Assembly (NCBI RefSeq): GCF_036321535.1
Contig: NC_087437.1
Location: 29,390,001-29,454,000, forward strand
Direction: 5' to 3'
Length of the DNA stretch: 64,000 nucleotides
DNA from: Camelus dromedarius
Lineage: Eukaryota
Shown: positions 12,244-22,270 of the stretch, one piece after another
Position numbering within the stretch: the first letter of the stretch is position 1
How the letters are laid out: the number at the start of each line of letters is the position of its first letter
Made by a program: the position numbers and the translations under genes
The notes under the pieces: model-generated
What the model was told of the DNA's origin: nothing
The model's database searches: none
Seen by the model: only the letters and a program-made list of their open reading frames with translations

Positions 12244-12864
12244 CTGGCCTCAGAATCAAGTTGATTTTCCTGAGACATTAAAAAAATTAAAACCTGAAAT
12301 AACGTTTATTCACCCAATCAAACTCTCTATAAAAGGCTATACTTTTCTGCCTAGTCTCTCTTCATAGAACTCAAGCACAGGGGCACTTTAGTTTGGGATT
12401 CAATTGTGAAGCTGCTAAAAGGAGAGCTCTTTTTTTCTATAACTCTTTAATTCTAAAGATGGTCACATACATAAATTTGGTTTAGAATACTTCTTACTGA
12501 GCAGTGGGCCTAAGTTTCATTTTCAGCATTTCTGTAGCTCTAGAGCTATTATGTAAATATTTTTACATTACACTAATAACACATGGAAACATTGTTAACT
12601 TAAGCCATGATTACAATGGCTGTTCACCTTTGGGCTCATTTTAAAAGAGGAATAATCAAATGAAATTTTGCCAGGTTGTACCGGTAATCCAGCTTAAGGC
12701 ACTAACATCTATTGCTGTGAATATTTCAAGCCTATCTTGGCCGAATTCTTCTTATTTTTATCTTCCTCTAATTTTTCTGAAGGTTTCCAGCATATTGAAG
12801 GTCTTTATCATTAGCATGAAAGGTATCTTTCACCCTTATTAGTTTACACTGTATCCTCCCTTAT

Positions 12865-13066
12865 TTTGGGCTGTCAATCAGCCTGAGAACTCAAAGAATG
12901 TAACCCATCAATCAGTCACGAAAAACACCCTCTAAATCAGGATACAAACACAGGAAAAACAAAGAAGTGGTGCCATTTTTCCTCTCTTGGATTGGCCCGC
13001 CCCGGTTCTTGGAGGTGTACTGTATTTTACTACCTTTTTACTTCACTAATAAAATCTTCTGTTTGA
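12865..13066 (+). mobile_element. LTR-like fragment (TATA-like box, R region, AATAAA)
   Basis: ggatacaaac TATA-like element, ttcttggaggtgtactgtattttact, then aataaaatcttctgttt; typical ERV R-region layout. Confidence 0.5.
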
Positions 13067-13583
13067 GAGAGAGAGAGAAAGGACCCGAGAAAATTTTTGG
13101 AGAGATAATTACTGAAAACCTTCCCAACTTTGGAAAGGAAACGGTCACCCAAGTCCAGGAGGCGCAGAGAGTACCACACAGAATCAACCCAAAGGGGAAC
13201 ACACCAAGGCACATAGTCACCAAACTGACAACAATTAAGGATAAGGAGAAAATATTAAAATTAGCAAGAGAAATGCAACAAACAACATACAAGGGAACTC
13301 CCACAAGGTTATCAGCTGATTTTTCAGCAGAAACTCTACAGGCCAGAAGGGAGTGGCATGATATATTTAAAGTGATGAAAGGGGAAAACTTACAACCAAG
13401 AATACTCTACCCAGCAAGGCTCTTGTTCAGACTTGATGGAGAAATCAAAAGCTTTACAGATGGTCAAAAACTAAAAGATTTCAGCATCACCAAACCAGCT
13501 TTACAGCAATTGTTAAAGGACGTTCTCTAGTCATCAAACCATGAGAAAAGAGAACAAAAAGAAGAAAGAGAAAAAAAACCTAC
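13067..13583 (+). mobile_element. L1 ORF1 RRM+CTD fragment with open frame, followed by a short inter-ORF piece
   Basis: REKGPEKIFGEIITENLPN...TPRHIV...RLSADFSAETLQARREW...PRILYPARL, stop at 13530. Coiled-coil region absent. Confidence 0.92.
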
Positions 13584-14095
13584 AGAAGATTGCTTTGGCT
13601 GTTCGAGGTCTTTTGTGGTTCTCTATACATTTTGGGATTATTTGTTTTAATTCTGTTAGGAATATCGTGGGTCTTTTGATGGGGGTTGCGTTGGATCTGT
13701 GGATTGCTTTGGGTAGTGTGGCCATTTTGATACTGTTGATTCTTCCAATCCAAAAGCACAAGAAATCTTTCCATTTCTTTGTGTCATTTCGGTTAATGGA
13801 GTATAGGTAACCTCCTTGGTTAAGTTTATTTCTAGGTATTTTGATGTTTTTGATGTTATGGAAATTTTTATGCTGGTTATAAAACTCTGGTTTTTGAAGT
13901 GGAAAAAAAAAGTGAAGAGCCACAAATGGCAAAATATCCTTCTTTCTTATGGGTGAGTTGTATTCCATTACATATATATATGCTGCATCTTCATTATCTA
14001 TTCAACTATTGGTATGCACTTAGGGTGCTTCCATAACTTGGCAATTATAAATAATGTTGCTGTTAATAGCAGGGTGTATGTATCTTTTTGAATTA
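13584..14095 (-). mobile_element. Two antisense L1 fragments (ORF2 post-RT region; ORF2 end/3' UTR)
   Basis: Minus-strand ORF2 text [19 protein letters not shown]...; from ~13920, cacaaatggcaaaatatccttc...gtgtatgtatctttttgaatt. Confidence 0.85.
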
Positions 14096-14232
14096 ATTCT
14101 TATTTTGTGGTTGGCTTTATTCCTTTGCTAACTATGTAAGTTTAAAAAGCTAAAGCTCTAAACATTCTTAGAAACAATGAATAGTACATATATGTAAATT
14201 TAAAAAATATATATGCAGTTAAAAAAAAAAAG

Positions 14233-14748
14233 ATCAAGCCATGAAAGACATGGAAGAAACTTAAGACATATTACTAAATGAAAGAAGCCAGTCTGAAAAG
14301 GCTACAAACTGTACGATTCCAACCAAATGACATTCTGGAAAAGGCACAGCTACAGAAAAAATAAAAAGATCATGGTTTCCAGGGGTTTGGGGAGAGGGAG
14401 GGAGGAATGAACAGATGGAGCACAAGGGATTTTTAGGGCAATGAAATTATTCTGTATGATACTATAGTGGTGGCTACATGTCATTATGCATTTGTCAAAA
14501 CCCATGGAATGTACATCAAGAGTGAACCCTAATGTAACCTATGGACTTTGGTTGTTAATAATGTGTCCATGTTGGTTCATCAGTTGTACCAAATATGCCA
14601 CACTGATGAGGGATGTGAAGGGTAGGGGAGTATATATGTGTGGGTGGGGAGAGCTATGTGCGAACTCCCTGTATATTCTACTCAATTCTGCTGTGATCCT
14701 GAAACTGCTCTAAAAAAAAAAAAAATAAAGTCTATTAACTTTAAAAAA
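14233..14748 (+). mobile_element. L1MC1-like 3' end
   Basis: tcaagccatgaaagacatggaagaaactt...gaaagaagccagtctgaaaaggctac...aataaagtctatt. Confidence 0.85.
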
Positions 14749-16087
14749 AATTTGTTTGTATCATGCTGTCTCCCATTAGAAATTCATTTTTCAGGTGACT
14801 AAGAACCGAGGTAAATTTTATTCCTCTCCTCTCAGTAACAACTTCCTTACTAGAAAGTTTATAGTCATAGTCTCCTTTTTCAAGTCTAGTAGTTAGTTTT
14901 TTTGTTTTGTTTTGTTTTTGTATTGTTTTGTTTTTCCACTGTGAAAGGTAGTTTAAACGTGGGGGAGCTAAATATTCCAAAACTATTTCTCTTTATAAAG
15001 CAATAGTGGATTTTGATTTTTGTAAATTGTATTTGAATTTTTTACCATCACATTTTCTTGATTATTAATAGATACGTTAAGCATTGTAAACTTGTAACAA
15101 GAAAAAAATAATTTTTAAAGGAATTAAAGATATTTTACTCAAATGAGTGTCATTTAAATGTCCTCAAATGACACACTTCACAAGAATAAATCACAGAATA
15201 AACTGATTCAATAAATTAAAATTTTATTCCTTAAGTTTTAAAACATTTTTGTATGTATTATGATGAGTCATTTTTCAGTCAGAAATTTCCCTCTACCACC
15301 CCCTAAAATTTTTGAGTGAGAGAGTGCTATTTGGTTGGATAAGTCTTGAAATTCATTAAAAATGAGTAACTATAGCAACCTCTATGTCTCATCCCACTCA
15401 CTTCTGCAAAAGAAATAATGACAGAATGTGTTGAGTTAAAGCAAAAGAAAAACCAGTCGTGATATTCCATTGTTCCAAATTGTGAGCTATTGTATGAAGC
15501 TGAATGATCAACTACACATTCTCTTGAATGCATTATCCCACTTTCTTTCTCATCAGATTTGTTGTGGGTTTTTTCCCTCGTGGCCATCTAGTTTTAGAAA
15601 TCTTCTACACCTTTTCAGCTCTATTATTTTCTGCAACACTGACCCCTAAGCATACACATACTCTTGTTACTTTGACCTGTGGCTAATATGTCTCCTGGGC
15701 CACTCTGTATTATCTTTTTTGCCTTATTGAAGAGAAAGAAAAAAAACCTCTAATGTTCTAAGGAGGACGGTTATAAAGTGTAGGCCTCTAGCCTAATTCC
15801 ATTTCTCACCATTTCAAACAAAGCATCCAGACAGTAGATGGCTTTTCTGCCTTTGGAGATTCAGTTGGTATTTTTCCATCTTGTTAACAGACTTAGAATT
15901 TTAGTCTTGTCAGAGACCTCAACAGTTTGCTGTAACAAAAGGCTTGTACTTTATAATAAATTCTTAACTACATTTTCTAACATACCCAAGCCTCTTTTAC
16001 ACATGTACTCATGAAACACAACCAATGGTATTATTTCCCCAGACCTCTAAGTCCTTCACATGATGAAGCATTAGAAAAAGCACCTTA

Positions 16088-16355
16088 TCTATTTTACACA
16101 TAGGAGTTAGTATCTGCAAATCTCGAACTCCCAATTTATCCCTGCTCACCCCCTTTCCCCTCTGGTAATAAGTTTGTTTTCTATGTCTATGAGTCTGTTT
16201 CTGTTTTGTAAATAAGTTCATTTATCTTTTTTTTTAGATTCCACATATACTGATACAATATTTTTGTTTCTCTTTCTGGCTTACTTCTATTATGCTGTAC
16301 ACCAGAAATTGACACAACATTGTAAACTAACTATGCTTCAATTAAAAAAAAAGAA
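16088..16355 (+). mobile_element. Short 5'-inverted (twin-primed) L1 3' UTR insertion
   Basis: Antisense 3' UTR 16088-16287, then sense terminus plus poly(A). TSD agaaaaagcacctta (16073-16087) / agaaaagtcacctta (16356-16370). Confidence 0.85.
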
Positions 16356-16506
16356 AGAAAAGTCACCTTACATGTGTGTAAATTTCTACCATGCCAATAA
16401 TTCCAGAGTTCCTTAAAGTAGATATCCATTCTCTGAGACAGTCTTAGGCTCCTGGAGCACTGCCTTCTAGATTTTGACTGCCTTTCCCTGGAGATGTCAA
16501 AGAGCA

Positions 16507-16720
16507 TAGTTGACTCCTGAACAATGTGGGGGCTAGGAGTGCTGACCTTCCACGCAGTCAAAAATCCAAGTATAATGTACAGGTGGCCTTCTGTATCTGA
16601 GCATTCACCCAACTGGAGTTCAGGGTTTGTGTAGAACTGTAGTGTTTGCTACTGAGATGTTTAAGTGGACCCCTTCAGTTCAAACCAGTGTTCAAACCAG
16701 TGTTGTTCAAGGGTCGATTG
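16507..16720 (-). mobile_element. Tigger2-derived MITE (Tigger2a-like)
   Basis: TIRs tagttgactcctgaacaa / ttgttcaagggtcgattg followed by TA. Internal 12-bp tandem duplication gttcaaaccagt. Confidence 0.8.
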
Positions 16721-17509
16721 TAAAAATATCTATTAATGTCCTCCACCCGCATAGTCACCTCATGCTCAAGCCCATCCACGCTGAAGCTCACGCTGGCATG
16801 GAGGGCTGTTTTGTCACTTAATAGGCCACTGCAGATAGTTTATAAATTTTTAGTCATGAACACCACTGGTGAGGTTAAATTAAAAATCAGACCTGCCCCC
16901 TCCTAAAACATATAGGTTATTACATTCTATTTCACTGCTTCGTAGAGACTTTTGCAGGTGTGTTGTTATCTGGGACACTGTTTGCCTACAGGCAGAGTTG
17001 AGAGGCTCTCTGGAAAAACTTTTTTATTCCTCTTTAATTGTGTTTTACCCTAGAGGGCATTGCCCTCTTGTAGCTGATATACTGTCATTAGATAGTCTGT
17101 CTGTAGGTTACGCTTTACATCTTCAGAAGTTCTCTATCAAAATGCAAATTTCCCTCAAAGGACTACGAAACAGACACGCTAAGAGGTTATTTATTAGGAA
17201 GAATCCTAGGGAAGCTGGAACTCTCAGCTCAGGATTCCATTACCTTCTAAGAGTATTCTGATGCTGATTTGAAACCAGAGGCAAGCAAAGAATGACAGAG
17301 TGTTCTCTAGGGTCAGAGCAAAGAGGAAAGGAATAGGACCTGGAGCAAAACAGAGACAGATCTAAAGGCCGATAATTGCCTTCTGAATCAAATAGCATTA
17401 ATGAGTCATCTGTCATCTGAAAATGTTCTCATTCATGGTTGGAGAGAAGTGCAGTCTCGTGGAAAAAATAGAGGGCTTGCATTCAAAAGACCTGGACTTT
17501 AGGCACTCA

Positions 17510-17605
17510 AAGAGCAGTACAATATAACGTGGAGCCAAATCTTGAGGTTTTAATGCCAGTGTCATATTCGCCAGCTATGTGACTTCAGGCAAAACTACTT
17601 CTTAG
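17510..17605 (+). mobile_element. MIR, left part (continues after the LTR at ~18257-18340)
   Basis: ggagccaaatcttgaggtttta...cagctatgtgacttcaggcaaa. Confidence 0.6.
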
Positions 17606-18256
17606 TGAAACTAAGCAGGACCCTGTAGGGTCTTTACATGTACAAGCTCCTCCACATGCCCTGCTTCTGGCTTGGCCTCCCCCAAGTTTCAAAGAGCAGA
17701 TTCAAAAGCAATTACTAACTAGAGAAGTGAGGGAATGCAGAAACAAAGGAAAAGCAGTCAAGCAAGAAAAAAAGTGATAGCTTAAACAACAGTTTATCCA
17801 TAAAAGGGACTCACAGGACCCCTGGTTCCTCCTGAAGGGATCATGATACAATCTGATTCATATCACCGAGTTCTGCAGACCCTAAACCCCACCCCACCCC
17901 CCAATTCAGGGAGGATGGTGACTACACGCTGACCACAAGTACAGAGATCCCAGACTGGTTGGAACCAAGTTGATGAGTCAAGATTCCTGAAACATCACCC
18001 TGTTACTGTACCACCAGCTGATCAGGAAAAATGTCCACAAGCAGATCATGCAGCCTGCAACCCTCACCCTCAATATTGCCTTTAAAAACCCTCCCCTGAA
18101 AGCCACTGGGGAGATGGGGTCTTTTGAGCACTAGCTGCCAGTTCTCCTTGTTTGGCACCTTGCAATAAATGCAGTACTTTCCTTTACCACACCTGGTACC
18201 AGCAGATTGACTTTTTTTCACATTGGGGAAGCAGACCCAAGTTCAGCTGGGTAACA
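17606..18256 (+). mobile_element. Solo ERV1-class LTR, 651 bp
   Basis: TG...CA termini; perfect 4-bp TSD TTAG (17602-17605 / 18257-18260); TATA-like tttaaaa at ~18081; AATAAA at 18164-18169. Confidence 0.9.
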
Positions 18257-18394
18257 TTAGTCCTTCTACCACAAGGTAGCAGGGACAGTAGGGTAATTTC
18301 AAGGACTGAATTAAATGAAGTATGTAGTAAGCATTGGAAAAAATGTTACCACTACAATTACTATTACTCCTACCTAACGTATATGGAATTTGGA

Positions 18395-18615
18395 CTACAT
18401 CCTAGGCACTTCTAAGCATTTTGTTTGAATTTAGTCATTTAATTCTCCCCCTCCTCCAATACAATGAGGTGGGTTCTTTCAAAACCCCTATTTTACTGTT
18501 AAGAAAAGGAGACAGATATTATGCAACTTGCTCAGTATTTTCCACTTGGTGAGCCGTAAGAGTCAGGACCTGAACCCAGGCAGTCCGACTCCACAGTCAG
18601 GACCTCTTACCCACT
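18395..18615 (-). mobile_element. MIR
   Basis: ctaggcacttctaagcatttt...cccctattttactgttaagaaa...tgaacccaggcagtccgactcca. Confidence 0.8.
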
Positions 18616-18839
18616 GATGTGCTGTACTGCTGGCGATGTTTTTTCTAGTTCTTTTGTTAATATTACTATTACAGGCTATATTCTTGAGGAATTTATTATT
18701 TGAACAACATCTCTGTGCCTCAGTTTCCTCATGCTAAGGATAATAGCAGCAATATGACTCATGGGTTCATTGCAAGGCTTTAATAAAGTACTGTGCTTGT
18801 GCTAAGACAATACTTTCCTCCAGCATCAACTATCAGTAA

Positions 18840-19092
18840 TTTTTTTTTTAACTGAGGTATATAGTTGATTTACAACACAAGTTTCAGATGTACAATATGG
18901 TGATTCACAATTTTTAAAGAAGATACACCATTTATGGTTATTATAAAATAGTGACTACATCCCCTGTGCTGTACAATGTATGTTTGTAGCTTATTTTATA
19001 CAAAATAGTTTGTTCCTCTTAACCTTTACCCCTACCTTGCCCCTCCTCCCCTCTCCCCACTGGTAACCACTAGTTTGTTCTCTGTATGAGTG
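18840..19092 (-). mobile_element. 5'-truncated L1 3' end
   Basis: Poly(T) followed by antisense 3' UTR. Flanking direct repeat aagacaatactt at 18804-18815 and 19093-19104. Confidence 0.85.
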
Positions 19093-19096
19093 AAGA

Positions 19097-19268
19097 CAAT
19101 ACTTCTCAAAGTTTAATGTGCATACCAATCACAAGGGGTCTTGTTAAGAAGCAGGTTTTAATTCAGTAGGTCTGGGATGAGATGTTAGAAATGCAGAAAT
19201 TTCCTAGAATTAAGTTTCTAGGTGATACTGGTGTTGCTGGTCCAGGGACCACACTTGGAGTGGCAGGG
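19097..19268. mobile_element. MER5A1-like hAT-Charlie MITE
   Basis: cttctcaaagtttaatgtgcatac...ttcagtaggtctggg...gctggtccagggaccacact. Confidence 0.85.
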
Positions 19269-21026
19269 TTTTATGAATCTCCCAGAAAATTCTGCACTTT
19301 TAGTGTGAGTGCCTCTTGGCTATCTGCTGTGTGACAAGTTTTCCTTATCTTGGCAAATGAGGCTTGATGAGTACCAGTGTACTAAAGCAGAGCTATGCAC
19401 AGACTGGGCCATTCCACTACACAAAGATACTTTGTACGCTTACAAAAACAAAAAGAATGGAAGTTTGAGATGCTCTGCAAACGTTTGTAACCTCCTATCA
19501 GTCCTGAGAAATTAAGCATGGTACTCCTTTGTCATTTTCCTGTTAAAGAAGAAAAGGAGAATCATTCAGTGTCTCCCAAATGAGAAAAATCAGATTGAAT
19601 ATAATCACTATCAGTTACCTTGGATACAAGAAATGAAGCTCTGCCCCTTTGGCCCTTGCAAACGGTGACCAGGTGTCACAGAAAGAGATCCTCCCTATGA
19701 CTGCATCTTCTTGTTCCATCTCTCCACTCTTCCCCAGAAAGGAGAGGGAGAAGACAGGCTTTTCACTGTTCCCTCTTTTGAAACAAAAGCAGCACCACCC
19801 CATCAGACAATATAGGATCATGTCTGAATCTTAGTATTTTCTAGGGAGAAAATAAATATCTTGGCCAAAAAGCAAAACACTTTCCACTGTTCTATGTCCC
19901 TTGGAGTTCTGAATCTCTCCTTTTCTGTCTTATTCAAAACAAATAAAAAAGTGAAGCAAAAAAAAAAAAAGTTGATTACTTCAGACTTTCTCAGGGAGAG
20001 GGGTTTTTCTCGATCTTTAGCTAATAATTTACCCAAAATGATTTGCAAAAGTTCTTATGAACCATAAAATACCAAACAAATGTCAGGATAACAATCATCG
20101 CTGCTGTGAGATTTCTTCACATAGCAGTAAAAAAGATTAACAACAACAAAATCTAAACAGAACATGTTTGGAGAACTCTTCCATCCTACAAGTTAAGGTG
20201 ACAGATGTCGCAGTGATGAATATTTGACCCTTCCCCTCAGTCTATCCTGGACAGTTATCTTAGCAAAGGAATAAATCCTGTGTATTGTCAGTCACTTTGA
20301 AACTTAAAGTCACTGCAGTGGCCATCTGATTGCTTCAATATTCATGTGTTCATTCCTCCCACAGGTGTTTGGGAAGGTGTCAAGGAGGAGAAACTCAGTG
20401 GTGGACATGTGGGAGGGGGTTCACGAGAGACCAACTTAACTCACTTCATGATTTTGCCCTCCTTCATGCAAATGAATAAAAATGGAACTGAGAATGCAAC
20501 AAATGTTACGAATTTCACAAAGAGAAGCGTGGGATAATAATGGTAAATGTTATATTGTCAAGAGTTAAGTAGGATATAAAAGTTTGTCATTATATTTAGA
20601 GAAGAAAATATTTTCATTTGACTAACTAGTTAGCAAATTAATGTAATATTAAACAGCAGCCTCATAATAAATAACATTGAAAACTGCATAACTAGACTGC
20701 TATTCATGCTCAAAGGCATGGTTTTGTAGATAAAAGTATATGATGTTAATGCTCAACCCTGACATTTTGGAGAATAGCTTCCAAATGGTGTGTGAGGCAT
20801 GTCTTATCTTTAGATTAATGTGTGATAGGGAAGAGGGGCAGAAATGTCTCTCAAGTGTGAAAATCAGAATCCTTTCTTGGTGTGTAGTTTTATGCTGTAC
20901 TGTGAGAATAAAACACTTTTTTGCAATATATAAATTATAGTATAATTTAGAAATAAGACAGAGGGAATGGACAAAGACTCAAAAGCTCTTAAGAACATTA
21001 AAAAATACTTTGATGTAAATATCATT

Positions 21027-21170
21027 CTTTCTTTTTTTTTTTTTTTCGGTGAGGGTAAGTAATTGGGTTTATTTACTGATTTATTGTTTTTAGAGGAGGT
21101 ACTGGGGATTGAACCCAGGACCTCATGCATGCTAAGCTTGTGCTCTGTCACTTGAGCTATACCTCTCCCC
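21027..21170 (-). mobile_element. Camelid tRNA-derived SINE (Vic-1 type)
   Basis: Minus strand GGGGAGAGGTATAGCTCAAGTG (A box) ... GGTTCAATCCCC (B box), A tail. TSD taaatatcatt at 21016-21026 and 21172-21182. Confidence 0.9.
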
Positions 21171-21712
21171 ATAAATATCATTTTTATGTTTCAAGATAAA
21201 TAGGTAAGAAACAGGCAAAAGGCTTAAGTTTCCTTAAAATAGAGATAACACTTATAAAGATACACTTTATAAGTAAAAGAATTTTATTTCTGGCAAAAAT
21301 GTAAGTTTTCCATACAAACAGGTGAAAATTCTTCTGAAATGCTTGATGAATTCAGAACACAGTTGTTTGAAAACCTTATATGGATCTTGATTTTCTTACT
21401 GTTACTTTTTTATGCATAGTCATCCAATGAAGCCACTGCATTAAAATAGTGACCCAGACCACCAGGAATAGTAACCACATTCTTGAAAAGATGTTCTATT
21501 AGCCTAAGAAATACATGGTGAATGGAACAGCCCAAAGTAAATAGGAGATACTGCTGAACTGTCCCCTCGAGATACAAGGGAGGCCACCACCCCTCCCAAA
21601 CTTAGTACTGCAAAACAAAACAAAACAAAACACCATTTTAAAGCACTTTTTAAGTTATACAAAGATCCCCAATCTTCCACCACTAGGACAAATTACATAC
21701 ATATTTGAGAAG

Positions 21713-21889
21713 TAGCACTATCAGATTAGCAACTAAAAGTACAAATTACTCAGTTAAATTTGAATTTTGGAGAAGTTTTACCATAAGTATTATTTGATGC
21801 AACCATATCCCATATAATATGCTTACAAGTTTGTTGTTTATCTGAAGTTTGTGCTTCCCAGGTACCCAGTGTTGTATCTGGCAACCCTA
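21713..21889. mobile_element. MER53-like palindromic hAT MITE
   Basis: cagttaaatttgaattt...gttgtttatctgaa...atctggcaacccta; perfect 8-bp TSD ttgagaag (21705-21712 / 21890-21897). Confidence 0.85.
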
Positions 21890-21969
21890 TTGAGAAGGCC
21901 ATATAAAGGTTAGAGTTACCTAAAGGGAGGCGAGGAGGAGGAACACCACCAGTAATGGTGGTAGAAAAA

Positions 21970-22270
21970 GCAACAACTATTTATCAAGTGTTCATTCTGT
22001 GCTCTGTGTTCATTAATCATTTAACTCTTCCCAACAGTCCTCTGGGCTAAGTACTTTATGGAGGAAAAATTTAGCATTGTGCACGGCACATAATAACTAC
22101 CAGTCCCTGTTAATCATTTCTATTTTTATTTTTACCATCACCATGCCTCCTTCTCAAAGATGAGGAAACTGAGGCTCTGAGACCCCAAGTTCACTTAGTG
22201 TGAAAGAAGGCACGCTGGGATTTGAATCATGGCCTGTTCTGCAACCCAAGATCTAGACTTTGTTCCATTG
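21970..22270 (-). mobile_element. MIR fragments
   Basis: tatttatcaagtg...; agatgaggaaactgaggctctgaga...ctgggatttgaatc. Confidence 0.75.

Noticed and set aside
12967..13530. 187-aa ORF as a host gene
   Set aside because: Starts at GTG within an LTR-like fragment; the remainder is an L1 ORF1 piece without the coiled coil. No evidence of domestication.
20466..20473. Octamer ATGCAAAT
   Set aside because: Isolated 8-mer expected by chance in AT-rich DNA; it also occurs inside L1s here.
21095..21170. Functional tRNA gene
   Set aside because: Has a SINE tail and TSD; it is a retroposed SINE head.
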